A DNA stretch of 63,757 bases, the filler included, from Octopus bimaculoides (Eukaryota), in assembly GCF_001194135.2 (NCBI RefSeq). It is 4 parts of 4 records of this genome, joined end to end, with 100 filler letters (N's around TTAATTAATTAA, not from the genome) between each part and the next. Parts side by side here need not be neighbours in the genome. Positions count along the whole stretch, not along the records: positions 1 to 26,588 come from NC_068990.1; 3 more parts are not named here. The stretch is one strand, 5' to 3'. Below are positions 12,430-25,230 of this stretch, one piece after another. A program made the translations under genes and the position numbers. The notes beneath the pieces were generated by a model. The model was given only the letters and a program-made list of their open reading frames with translations, made no database searches and was not told the origin of the DNA. Each line of letters opens with the position of its first letter. The first letter of the stretch is position 1.

Positions 12430-12499
12430 ATTTGGAACTCAGTATTAGATGCTCCAAATGCATTTGGGTACCAACCACAAACAGATCATCAGGGGAACA
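12430..12499 (-). ncRNA. Candidate box C/D snoRNA, copy 2
   Basis: TGATGA (12491-12486) and CTGA (12442-12439). One substitution versus copy 1. Flanks unrelated and no TSD. Confidence 0.55.
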
Positions 12500-12704
12500 G
12501 TTTATTGCATCCTGTTATTGCGATCTAATATCATGTATGGAGAAACTAAATATTTATACTGATGTTTAGCTTAATTTTCTACTTCTACACACACACACGT
12601 TAATCAAAGTGTACCGCATTATAAATCTGTTATGTGTGATCTGATCAATCAGTTTTGCACTTGGGGTTCAAGAGAGTGTTGGGTAACAAGCAGATTATGC
12701 AAAC

Positions 12705-12752
12705 CTGCTTTCTATTGTTGGAGGTGGACAGACACATCTTGGTTTGTGGTTG
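12705..12752 (-). other. Candidate 48-nt exon upstream of snoRNA copy 2
   Basis: tttatcatatttctcacag acceptor and CAG|gtttgc donor. Confidence 0.3.
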
Positions 12753-13110
12753 CTGTGAGAAATATGATAAAACAAACCAAGCAGAGATTAAGTTAAGAAT
12801 TATGTCCCTTGATAACAAAAGACTACCTCTGGGGGGCGTTTTCTGGAAAAGAGTGTATGGAAAATATGTGTGTGTTTTAGGGCTGGTGGTCTTGTAGAAT
12901 AGGAATGTGTGCAGTGGTACTCTATGGGCAGCATTTTTGAATAGAGGTGGTGGGGNNNNNNNNNNNNNNNNNNNNNNNNNNNNNNNNNNNNNNNNNGGGG
13001 TCAAGTGCTCAATAGCTGCATAAGCATCTGTGTGTTCATGTGTTTTTTGTTTATTTTGCTTCATACTTTGAGATATTTATGTATGCATGGGGTGTGGATT
13101 TTGATACCAG

Positions 13111-13149
<39 letters not shown>

Positions 13150-13335
13150 CACTCATCATTTAACGTCTCCATTTTCCATGCTGGTGTGGGTTGGATGGTT
13201 CCATAGGAATTGGCAAGTTAAAAGACTGCACCAATTCCTGCAGTCTGCTTTGACATGGATTCTACTGCGGGAAGCCTTTCCTTTACATGACTGTTTGTGT
13301 ATTTTTGTCTTGATGCAATGGCTGTAAATGAGCAT
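13150..13335 (-). mobile_element. SINE-like family B, partial
   Basis: catcatttaacgtctccattttccatgctggtgtgggttgg tail region. Confidence 0.65.
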
Positions 13336-15354
13336 CACCATCATACAAGCAGTGTCATTCTTTTCAGTTTTCTATGAAAACATGTCTGACCATGGTGAAA
13401 CGTTACTTTGCTGGGAAACAGACAAAGTTTGGTGACAAAAAAGGCATTTAACCATAGAAAATCGGATTTCATGAAGGGAGGCCTTGAGAATAACCTCCTC
13501 TGTGGCCTCACAGCAAAAAAATACTGAAGCACAATTCCTAGCAAAACACACCACACCACACACCCCCAAACATGAGCAGCACTCAACTCGAGCCCTTGCA
13601 ATCATTCCAAGTGTTGGGTCTTATTATTAGCAAGGATTTCTCCTAGCAAAAGCATGTCCTTAACATCTCAAAGCCCTTCTTTTTAGGGCCAGAAAATATT
13701 TGGGCTCTCAGCTGTTACTAATATTCTACAAGGCTCAAGTAAGGCTCACAGTTGAATACTGCTCCCAACTTGGATGGTACTGGATGCACAAAGACAGAGA
13801 AGGACCACTCAGCTAACTGGTTTTAAATCCCTTACAGACACACTCCAGCCCCTGGCCCACAATCTCTCCACTCTCAGTCTTTTTTATCACTTGATACTAT
13901 AGTGGCTTCAGTACTTTGGAGCTGGCTGGTCTTGTACATTCACCATTCAGACACGGCCACCCTACTCATTTCCCCACCTCTTGCCATCTTTGTTGCTGTC
14001 ACCTAAGCCCCACACAAACCAATTATCCCAGTTCTTCCTTCCCTGAATATCATCCCTCTGGAATCTTCTCTTTACTCATGTCTTTCCTGTTGGTGTTGCC
14101 TGCATCAAGCTTACCAGTTGTAGAGGACTTGCACTGGTCCTCAAACTCAGCAAAAAAACAAAATGGTGGTTCACCTCTAATAAGAGACATCAGGAAATAC
14201 TCAACTCAAAATGAGCAGAGCAATTGGATGCTGAATGAAAAGCTGAACTTAAAAAGCATTTCTTACACTGGTTTTACTAACTCTGATGGAAAGAGTAGCT
14301 AAGCCAGCTTTGCAGCTCACAATAAGGATATATTCTATACTGTTAACATGTGATACATTCCAATAGGCAAGACATGGCTGAATTTTATCATTTGGTCAGC
14401 TTTATGGTCTTTGTAAAGAAAAACCTTGATTGAATGCCAAACATTGTTGTCTTAGGAATTACAAGTTGCAACATGTCATAACACCCAAAACAGTAGGGAT
14501 TTGTTTCATAAAAGATTTTGCTGCTCTATTTCAAATCAATGTAATTTATGTGAAACCTCTCCCATTGATTCCTTCACATCTCCATTCTATTGACATGAAG
14601 AGAAGAGTTGAAAGTGTTTAACTAAAGGGATTCTATTATATCAATGAAACTGTGTCAGCTATTCCATGAAAAACTTCTTTTTTTTCTCTCTATGAGCATA
14701 ATTTCTTTGTGGTGCTGTAATTTGAGCATTTGCATGAATTGCTACAGCAAATATCTTATTTTTTTTAATACTTCAATACTATTTCTAACCATTGTGATTA
14801 CATCAATAACTATTCTCCAACTAGATAGACTAAGCAAGTACATTGCCTAACAAAACAATACAATGGTAGTAGCAGAGAATGGACTAATAAGATAAGGGCT
14901 TGAATCAAGCAACATGATCATTCAGACACAACACACACACACACACAAAACCACAGGGGAACAGACAAATTATTTAATGATAATATCAGAAAATGAAATT
15001 ATTTAATTTGATTGCTTCTAATTATCCAAATAAAATCCATTTCACTTACAAACCTGATACTACATCAAAAAAGATAACAAAGAAATGAAAAATTAACAGA
15101 AACAAAAAGTAAAAAGGCATAGTAACAGAATCTTCTGTTTAATGAAAAAAATAAGAAACATTGTAGTTGCAGTAACTGTACCCTCTCTTGACCTTTATCA
15201 AAACAGTTGGACATTTTTTCCAGAATATTCTTCCAGTTTCCTCATCACTTCTCAGCTCAATTTTGCTATGCTGCAACATTCTGTCAATGAACAGTTGCCA
15301 TATCAAAAAGGCTTCAATTGTTCAAATCAAATTTTCATTAAATTTCAACAATAT

Positions 15355-15510
15355 AATCATCATCATTTGACATCTGTCCAATCCATGCTGGCATGGATTG
15401 GACAGGTTGACAGGGTCTGATGAACTGGAGGACTGCACCACACACCAATGTCTGCTTCGGCATAATTTCTATGACCAGATGCTCTTTCTTACACCAACCA
15501 CTTTACAGAG
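15355..15510 (-). mobile_element. SINE-like family B, partial
   Basis: (cat)n...ccatgctggcatggattggacag...ccagatgctctttc. Confidence 0.65.
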
Positions 15511-17444
15511 TGTGCTTTTTTTGTGGTCTAAAGTGGTCCCTGTAACTGAGGGAGAACAGAAAAGAGGATGATAAGTAACAGGAAAGGTTGGATGAGTATG
15601 GAAGGGAACAGGGGCGAGAGAAGGGATCAATAATAGGATTGAGAAAAAAAGAGAGAGAGTTGAAAAGATGACAGGGTGGTTTGTATAAGGGGAGTCTAGG
15701 GCTCTCAATTATTGTAAGGTGTAAAGAAAAGTGGACACAATAGTCTAAGGAAGGGCACAATAAACAAGAGTTGGAAGGACTCCTGAGAGAGTCACTGAAG
15801 GCAAGAGATGAAGGTCAGAGAGGTGGAGGCCAGACACGGAATGGTCAGAGAGTGTAGAGAAAGAAGGCTTCACAATATACCTAACCAAGGGGCATAACTC
15901 CAAGTCAAACTCACTGGCCCATTTTTTTGTTTCACTACTTCTTGCACAGCAGCCGCTGACTGGCTGTCCTAATCCACCCCCGACAATAGAGAGCAGTCGT
16001 CATATTCCCTTCCATATCAGCTACCACTGATGAGCGTAATTATATAATTGGATTGTTACCTAACACTCCATTGTATCTTTGCACGAAACTGATTGGTAAG
16101 ACCAGCCATGATGGATACTTAATGCTATAAAATTCAGATTATATATATATATATATAAAGAGAGAGAGGCCAGTGTATAGATAGATATACACGCACATAC
16201 ATACACAAGCACATATATATATATACAAACACACATATATATACACACACAAACATATACATTCACATACACAAGTTTCTTCCTAATATAAAAAAAAGAA
16301 ATGAGATATTTGTTCTTTTCCATTTCATGCTCTTTTGTCATAGGAATCCATGTAAATCCGATTGCAACATTTGAATCATTAAAGAATGGGATGGGAATTT
16401 GTGCAGTTTGTTTCTGCTTTTTTTTTAAAACAAAATACTGGATATTAGATGTTGCTTGGCACCACCAAGAAGGGATGAAAGTTTAAATCATAATATATAA
16501 AACCTGAAATCAAAATGGAAAAATCAAACCAGGTAAAATATTAAATTAGAAATACAATGCTAATTTTGGTTCACTGCAATTTTGCAAAATCATTTTACAT
16601 CTCATCTGTCTGAAATTAATTAAATATCAGTAATATAATGAGATCAATAGTTAACTCACCAATAGAAAACGTAGTTTCTGCTTAAATACCAGCTTTTACT
16701 TTTCTATGTTTAATAGAGCTGTATACTCAATATTTTGTCCAGATCATCCATGGAGCCCAGTATCCAGAGATACTATGCCCTTCTCAGACTTTTTATAATA
16801 AGCCCCTTTCCAGCAATGTACCACTTTGTCCCCCAGAAGTCATTGACAATTAGTATCACAAGCCTGTACAAGCACTGTTCTCTTTGCTTCCATTTCAACA
16901 TTAGTCGATGCTTTTAATACCTCGCCATTATTTTAACTCCACTTTTCATGCAATGTAAGCATTACAAATAAACCAGAACATGCTTTCTTAATTTGTCTTC
17001 AGCCTCCATATTCAGAGCTCATCATCTTCACACATTCAGACTTTTACTAACAGAGCTGAGAGCTTTCTTAACTTCTTCCACCCTTACTGTAGCTGTTATC
17101 ATCCTCACTAGAAGCTGTCTGCTGATATTGATGGTCCTCAATAGTCAAAGTTATGAGTTGTAATATCAAAAATAGATTGCTCTCCTTCAGGTTTCTCTTT
17201 TGAGCTGTTGTGGTCGTCCAACTGCAGGTATCAATGTTTAATCTCCTCATGCTGTGTTTAACCATCCTTGTATCTATACAAGAATACAAGAGCTGACTGA
17301 GACACCAATTTCTTTGACATCATTGCAAGAGTCTTGCAAAGTGACATGTTTAAAGCATTCCTTTAATCATCTATCTGGACTATGTTCTTTGCACTTCAAG
17401 TGACAAAATTAAAAAACTCTGCCCCACACTAACAAAATCCACCT

Positions 17445-17492
17445 CCCCTTGTCATCAGGACCCCTTGTCATCAGGACCCCTTGTCATCAGGA
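17445..17492. repeat. Three perfect 16-bp tandem copies
   Basis: (ccccttgtcatcagga)x3. Confidence 0.95.
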
Positions 17493-19156
17493 CACAACAA
17501 TAACACATTATACTGATAGTATCACCTCTCTTCACAGACATCTCAGAAGCAACCACCCTGTAACATGACCTTGAAAAGCAGAGGATAATATTGGTGCTCA
17601 ATAAACACTATTTAAAAAAATCTGTCTGAAATCTAAAGATTCCTGAGCAAGAGAAATCCTCAAGTGAAAGTATGAGTAGCCCTTGATGGTTACATGGATA
17701 TCTAGAAGTCATCATTTCCAAATAAGCTTAAAGCTTCTTCCATGCCACTGTGTAATCAATGTTGTTGTATGTGTTCAAGGAATGGACATTGATAAAACAT
17801 CTGGAGGCAAGTTGTTTGCTCAGCGATGCTATGAATAGGGATAAAAGTATTGGCATATCTGAGCAAGCTTAATCATAATTTTAATTGGTTTTTGTTTGCA
17901 CTAAAAGAAAGCCAGAAACAAATCATCTTTCTGTGTCTCTTCTGTGTAAGGTAAATGAAAAGGCAGAAAGGGTGTGCAACGTGTTGCTAAGCAATTTCCA
18001 ACTGTTTGACTTCAGTAAAGTTTTAGTGCTATTTTAATTTGCAATTACAATTATATTTTTCATTCATTGATAGATAATCTCATTAAATTAGCGTCCATTA
18101 TTTGTCTTTTATCTTTAAAACCAACAAAGTCAATATACTTTGTCAAGTTATCCATGGTGTATTTCAAATTTCCCAATTAGTCTTATTTATCACTCTTTAC
18201 CATCTCACCAATGATTTAGAGGAACTTTTTACCATATTAAAATACTTTGGATGATTATCATGATGTTGATTTTTACTAGAATTACAAGAGTTTTAGAAGA
18301 ATGGAAAGGTCATTGCAATCTTAATTTTGAGATTCCAAGTTGAGTATTTTGTAGCAAAAGAAAGAAAATCATTTGTTATATTATTATAACTTATAAAAGA
18401 AATGTTATACAGTCTACAGAATTGTTTATTTATCTCCCTCATTGACACTCATTTAAATTTCAGAAATAACATGACTTAAACAAAATTGTTCCCGGCTGCA
18501 AACTAAAAACTTTTTTCTGTTGCTGTGACAAGTGCTATAGAGTAATTGGTGAATTTCCAGTAAGCTGGCTTTGATTCCCAATTGAAATTAGTTTAATTAA
18601 CTTCATTTATGCTATTGATGTCTTTTGGAAAGACATGACTGTCACAGTGTCATTCCTTAACTCTGCAAATTTTCATTAAAGTGGAAATCAATATTTTCTT
18701 CCAAAATGACTAATTTATTTTATGCCAGGAAAATTTCACACCAGCTTTTATGATCTCATGTCTTCTGGCATTCATAATACCCTATCACACTTGCATAAGG
18801 CCACAAATCAAAGAGACGTAGTAAACTGACTAAACCAACTGTATGTTTTTATTTGTTTTGAGCAGCAAAAACAAAATTAATCCAGCAAGAATTAAGTTCA
18901 AAATAAAGTGAGAAGAATCTAAACATTGCAAAGTGATTTGTCCCTCACTCTACTTTTCTGTTAACTCCCTATTTTTTAACAATGATAATTATAATAGGTC
19001 TGAGAAAGTGGATATAGATGTTCTTACACAGATTAAAACAAATCTGCTTTTAGCTATTATGGCCATCTCTAACACAGTAAAAATAATGGTCCTTATATTG
19101 GCACATGACAACAAATTTGTTGGGAAGAATAATAATTATATTTCTTCAGGCCTTAC

Positions 19157-19232
19157 CAGAAAAGTTCAGGATTGCTTGTGCTTCAGAAGTTTACATGCTG
19201 ATTACCGGATTCTTCTAGCTGAATCTGTTGAG
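19157..19232 (-). CDS. Candidate exon ending a reading frame (xQQIQLEESGNQHVNF*)
   Basis: cattttctacag acceptor and CTG|gtaagg donor. The stop lies inside the exon. Confidence 0.25.
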
Positions 19233-21339
19233 CTGTAGAAAATGTTCCAATCTTGGAAGCAGGATTTACAGTCAAAGCACTTAAAGGTCAACATATCAAT
19301 AAATAAACACCAGTTAATGAGAAATGTTGACTGGGAAATGATCTTGCTGTACAGGGTCTAGGGTTTAGGTAGGAGCTCAACGCTGTGTGCTCAGTGTAAA
19401 CAGTGAGTATTAAAAAGTGTAATTGGATTTCTAGTCGATGAGCTTAGCTGATTGAATGATTAATCAAACAATCAATTATTTAAATGGTTAACTGGTCGAC
19501 TAATAATAAAAGAAGTGAAATAAAACCAGTGTGTGTGTGTGTGTGCTTATTATTGGCATAATGGACCTCTCAAAATACAACAAGATCTGTTTCAATGAAC
19601 TATTTGACATTAAGAATCTTGCAAACCAAATGCAAAAATGAAATTTAACTAAAAAGTTATTTAAAAAAGAAGAAAAAAAGAATTGTTGCAATTTATTTTT
19701 ATTTACATGCATTCATGCAAGGTTTTAAAAAAATTTTGTGGTCTATATTTATTCCTGCTCTGCAATTAAACTTAATTCCAGCAAGACATGCTCACATTAT
19801 ACCAAAACAGAATAGGAACTGCACTATTTTGGTTGCCTGTTCACCAAATTTATTATACCGAAATCCTTTTCCTCCTATGGTTATTTTCCAGTTTTATGAA
19901 TTGTACGTCTTAGATCAAAAAATGAAAAAGTCTTATTACACATATAGCAAAAAAAAAAAAAAAAAAGCTCTAATATTCTTGGATGAAATAGGTTGTCCTT
20001 TGGAGAACAGGTTCTGGACATTTGTAACAATGCTCAAGGAGTTCTCAAACCTGTAGCCAGATATCTCATTTCTTTGACCACCTCTGAATCTGAGGTATTT
20101 TCCAACACTTTCGCTATAATGACACCCACAAAGACCGATGCATATGGGATATTTCTGCCCCATATGGCCTGAATACATGTCTCAACTCCCTTCAATTCTG
20201 CCTTCACCTTCACCCACTTCAAACTCAAAAGCTGTTTTTGCTGGTGCTTTGAAATTAATATGTGTGTGTGTGTGTGTGTGCATGTGTTCATGCATGTGTG
20301 TGTACATACTATATGGTTGTATGTTATGCACAATTTTGTGCATAGATTGCATATGACTGTTCACACAGTCGTTGAGTTTCCTACATGTCTTGCTTATTAT
20401 GGTTGGTGTCCCTGTTTACTGTTATACTTTAATTTCATACCTCACCTCCTTTTCCTCCTTATATAACAAACTACTATACATTTCTGCTTTCCTTCTCTAA
20501 ACAGTTTGATCTCTATAATTCTGACCACTCCTTACAGAATCTAGATTCTTCATTCTTTACATTCCTTATAGCTTCAATTCTTTTCTTACTGACCACTCCT
20601 TACTAATTTCAAATCTCTACTAACTCATTTTTCTTCTCTTCTCTCAGTGCATATATCAACCTTTTTTGCCTTACATTCTCATTTTCTTCAACCTAATCTG
20701 GTCTGAACCTTGCCACCCATTTCAAAAATACTTGATCTTGCTATAAATTTTGACTGCTCCAGCCCTTTTTCATACTTATCGCACCTCCACTCACTTGCTT
20801 TGCCCTCTTCTCCTCCTCCAATCACTTTCTCATCTGCGGTTTTATGTCCTCAATGACTACACTTCTAAATTGTTCAGAGAGGGACAAGTGTTCCAAATAT
20901 TCGAAATTTTTTTTTTTTACGCTTCACAGCAGTTCTGATCACTGAACTCTTCTGGATTAAATTTTACCAACTCAGATCACCAACAGCTTCATCATATTCC
21001 AGATGCTACAACTCCAATAACATTGCAAGCACAAAATTATATTTTTTTTTTAAGAGAAAGGACCAGTTTTTGAAATAAATGTTACCTTTTGAAAATTCTA
21101 ATGAATTACAGCTGTTAACATGAAACTTCAATTGGTATTTAAAGCTAAATTAAATTTAGTAAATTCAAAATACCACACATAAAATGTAAAAGAAAAATAA
21201 TATCAAACTTGATAAACTAAAAATTTCTGCAGGTGAAAAATATTTTCCTTATATGTAAATCTCTAACAGATTTTAGTAATAAAAGGTAACAGCATTTGAG
21301 CTTGCTTATGCACATACACACAAATATATATACACACAC

Positions 21340-22240
21340 ACAAGCACACAAGAGGTTTACTTTTCAACATAGTCCCCTTGCATCCACACTCTTCTTCCAT
21401 CGGTGTTGCAATGCTTGGATCCCATTGGTGAAGAAGCTTTCATTCTGCTGGTCAAAGAAGTTATCAACAGTAGATATAGCATCATCATCATCACTGTGAT
21501 AACGGTTCCCAGCTGAGTGTTTTTTCATCTTAGGGAACAAATGATAGTCAGACGGGGCCAGATCATAAGAATAGGGAGGGTGATCAAAGCCACACACAAC
21601 AGTCATTCAAGCCAAGGACTTGTTTGCTGGAGCATTATCCGGATGAAGCAAGATCCTTTTAATCAGTTTTCCTGGGCTTTTTGGTCTTGACAGTTTTTCA
21701 CAACTACCTCAACAAGTTGGTTTAGTAGTCGCCTATTGATGGTGTGGCCCTTTTGAAGAGAGTCAATAAACACAATGCCTCTTGCATCCAAAAGCTGAGA
21801 CCTTCCCTGCAGATGAAATGACCTTGGCCTTCTTTGGAGCAGGTGAAGCAGGTATTTCCACTGAATGGATTGTCTCTTTGTCTCTAGCTCCAAAGTGTTG
21901 AACCCAACACTCATCCCGGAAACCAGCTAGATCTGCCTCAAACAATGTCAGATCAGCCTGGTGTGCTTTTGACCAGGTGTCAGAGGACATGGCACTCACC
22001 GAGCAGAAACCTTCATCATGCCAAATTCATTGTGCAGAATATTCTGAACTCTCACAAGATAGACTAATAACAATGGCTCTATGTGATTTATAGTCATCCA
22101 TCACCATGAGATGAACACAATCAACGTTTTCCTACAAACATTTTTGTTGACTTGACTCTGATGTTATCCCACCTCATATGTGTTGCTAACTAAATATATC
22201 ACATATCTCAGTAACTTTTTCTTCATTGCACCCAACGGTG
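21340..22240 (-). mobile_element. Decayed mariner (DD34D) transposon
   Basis: DECWVQHF, ETKRQSIQWK, PAPKKAKVISSAGKV, and HPPYSYDLAPSDYHLFPKMKK...FFTNGIQALQHRWKK. Frameshifted. Confidence 0.9.
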
Positions 22241-23419
22241 TTGGCATACTCCACATGAAGAAAACAGTGAAACAGATAACACATATATTTGTAATGGATT
22301 TAATTTAAAGAGTTAAAATCTTACCATGGTCAACTTTCCACTTTCTGGGGTTGATAAAAGAAAATACTAATCAAGTTGATTATTCAATTACTCTCTCCCA
22401 CAAAATTCCTGACCTTGTGTCAATATGAAGAAATCGTCTCAGTTTGATTGGTTACATGTTTAACGGAATGAATTTACATAGCTCTTTCTAACAAGCAACT
22501 CAATTCTGGGCACAGTTCCTGAGAGGTACACATGACAGTCTTTAGAAAGAGAAAGGGATGGGAATAGCAAAAAGCTCTCCAGACATTTTTGAGGCATATG
22601 AACTCCATTCATTTGATTGTAAATACTTCAAAAGTCCAGTTTTTTTGTTTTTTTTACATAATTTCTCTTGCATATTCTTAGAAATATGCACACCTCAGTT
22701 TGAGAACCCCTGACTAGAAAGCTGTACTTAGAAATTTTTTTAATGAGATCAAATAAAAAGAAACTATAAATTACTTGAATCTCATTCATTGAATTTTTAT
22801 ATTCTATCTTTAATTTCAACTCTGCTTTCTAAATTCATACAAGAGAGATGAGGGGAATATAAACTGAAATTTATAATTCAAATCAGCTTAACTATTATCA
22901 TTTATAGAATCTGATACTAAAAAGACATACATTAGTTTGTTATCTCAAAGGAAAGTTAGGTTTCAATACGTTAAGTAGTGTTCTTGTAACCACACTCAAC
23001 ATTCCAAAAATTATCTAAAGAATGGTGCTTGCTTCATTACTTACTGTGTTCAGGATAAATCTCAAACTATTGTGCCATCCCCACAGCCCTTGTCTTGGCG
23101 TGTTGCCCTTTTCTTTTATGATCACCAGCCTACTTGTTGCAGCTGTTCTACCATCACATTCTTACTCTTTACTCAGACCTTAGTCTCCTGACACTTCTAC
23201 ACTTTTTAAACTTCCGTTTTTCAGATTTATACAAATCAAAGAAATAGTTCTTTGATCTTTTCTATGAAACATGTTTATTTTTAGTATTTGGTTTGTGAGT
23301 TCCACCCTGAGTAATTTTTAAACATTGTTTTTTTTTGCATGAGAAGAATTCTTCTTTAGTTAAGTTTACTAGGAGCAAGTCAAATCAGAAAGGAAAGCTC
23401 ATAAAACAAAAGAAAGTTT

Positions 23420-24200
23420 TTTACTTTTGACAAGAAGGAAATGTTGGAAGTGACCGACTCAGACCCAGTAAAATGTTGGACGTGTGAGGGACGAAACACT
23501 GACGGGGTTTCATTTCAGAATATCTTTTGCTACTCTAGATACCATGAAACATCCATAATAAGTCTCAGTGACAAATCCAACACATTTTCAATGTAGTTGG
23601 ATGAACACTGAAGGAAATTTAGCTGCTAATTTTAGCGGAACAAGCAGCAATGTAAAAGATTCCACTAGCTTCCCTGTTGAACTCAAACTTAAACCACATT
23701 TACAAAAAAATATTAGCTACTCTCTTGGTCACAAGCACTGCTAAAACATACGCACCATCAATAGTGAATGTAAGCAAACATGACCACCATTTTCTGCAGT
23801 GGTGGCCATAACCAGAATCTACAGGTGTACATAATAAATTGCAGTGTAGAGTAGAAGTTGTCCAGACTACAACACTAGTCTCCATATGATTAACCACTAC
23901 ACGTCAGAGTGTGAACTATGATGTTTTGCTAGTGAAAGATATGGAATATGTGGAACGGTAGACCTGTGAGTCAAAGCAAGTAATTTGATTAAGTATTTGT
24001 GTGCAACAGATCTGTTCAATTAGCGCTGAATTGAGGCTACATACTAACAACTCCATAACATAACTGATGATCAAGAAGATAAAGCTGATAATGATGACAA
24101 TAAATGGATCAGCTTTCAAAAGGAACAGGACAACCGTATCTCTTTCAGCAGCGTAAAGACTCAATTTCTGGAAAATATCAAAGAAATAGTTTTGTACCTT
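23420..24200 (+). mobile_element. Possible highly decayed hAT (Charlie-like) transposase
   Basis: Scattered motifs in expected order across frames: FSM*LDE, TYAPSIV (cf. TDGAPSM), LRLHTN (cf. LLLHTE). Many stops. Confidence 0.3.
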
Positions 24201-24202
24201 TA

Positions 24203-24560
24203 CGAGGGAGTGCTGAAAAGTTCCTGGTGTTGGGTAAAAGAAAATACAGGAGGATCAGTTAATTACAATTTTATTCAACATAATCCCTTCTCAGATTCAC
24301 ATACTTATTGCAGTGGTCCTTCAGTTTTTCAAAGTCCTGTCAAAAGAACTTGAAAAGTCAGGCTTCCAACCAAACCTCTGTAGCAGCAATCACTTCTAAA
24401 TCAGAGTGAAATTTCATTCCTTTGAACTGTTTGTTCAGTTGTAGAAAGAGGGGATAGTTGGAGGGGGCCAAGTCAGGAGAGTAAGGTGGGTGGTCTACCA
24501 ATTTGACCAATATGAAATGCAAGAGGATAATATCTTGAGGTCATGCTCTGGTTTTTAATC
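24203..24560 (-). mobile_element. Mariner 3' fragment with terminal repeat
   Basis: TA-CGAGGGAGTGCTGAAAAGT terminus and minus-strand HPPYSPDLAPSNY. Related to 46411-46640. Confidence 0.75.
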
Positions 24561-24859
24561 GTCATCTTTATCTTTCTTTCTGGCACCACCCCAATCCACC
24601 CCATATAATGCAGAGGAGCTCTGAATCTTCCCCCACTCAACCAGCCCCACTGGTCACCAATTTTTGTCTCATTAACTCCTAACACTACTCTTTCTCTTTC
24701 CTTTCTACTCCTCCCTTCGCCTGTCTCTGTTCCTGTTAGTCTTTCTCTCACACAACAATAAACTTGTTTCTCCCATCATGCTTTAACTTCTCGAGGCCTT
24801 ACCTAACCCCACCACCCGCTTTCCTACTCTTACTCTCAGTTGTTGGGGTCCTTCAGTCT

Positions 24860-25030
24860 TGGAAGTTTCAAAGTACAGGTGCCATGCAGAAAGCATCCAG
24901 TCCACTCTGTAAAATGGTTGGCATTAGGAAGGGCATCCAGCTGTAGAAGCCATGTTAAACCAGAGATACTGGAGCAAAGCATGATCCTCTGATGTTTTGG
25001 ATCCTGTTGGATTGTCCAACCTATGGAAGG
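24860..25030 (+). mobile_element. SINE-like family B, partial
   Basis: ggttggcattaggaagggcatccagctgtagaa. Confidence 0.6.
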
Positions 25031-25084
25031 CAAACATAAAATAAGGGTTTCAAATTTCAGCACAATGCCAGCAGTTTCTAGGCT

Positions 25085-25230
25085 GGAGGGACAAGTTGAT
25101 AACATTGATCTCAGTTCTCAACCCTTAAATAATGAAAGGCCAAGTCGACCTCAACAGCAATTGAACTCAGAACATCAAGACAGACAAAGTGCCACTAAGA
25201 ATTTTGCTCAGCATGCTAACAACTCTACCA
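25085..25230 (-). mobile_element. tRNA-derived SINE family C, CpG-decayed
   Basis: aatgaaaggccaagtcgacc...ttgaactcagaac matches family C. Confidence 0.65.

Noticed and set aside
13340-17340. Several GC-richer stretches with broken reading frames
   Set aside because: Likely ancient TE debris. No diagnostic motif could be supported.
17445-17492. Three short direct repeats as a CRISPR-like or snoRNA array
   Set aside because: No spacers and no box D. It is a simple tandem duplication.
20034-20260. Minus-strand ORF that could splice to the 19232 exon
   Set aside because: The donor phase fits, but there is no credible acceptor and no recognisable protein.
23700-24164. Hydrophobic minus-strand ORFs resembling a GPCR
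   Set aside because: No GPCR motifs. The opposite strand fits a decayed hAT transposase better.
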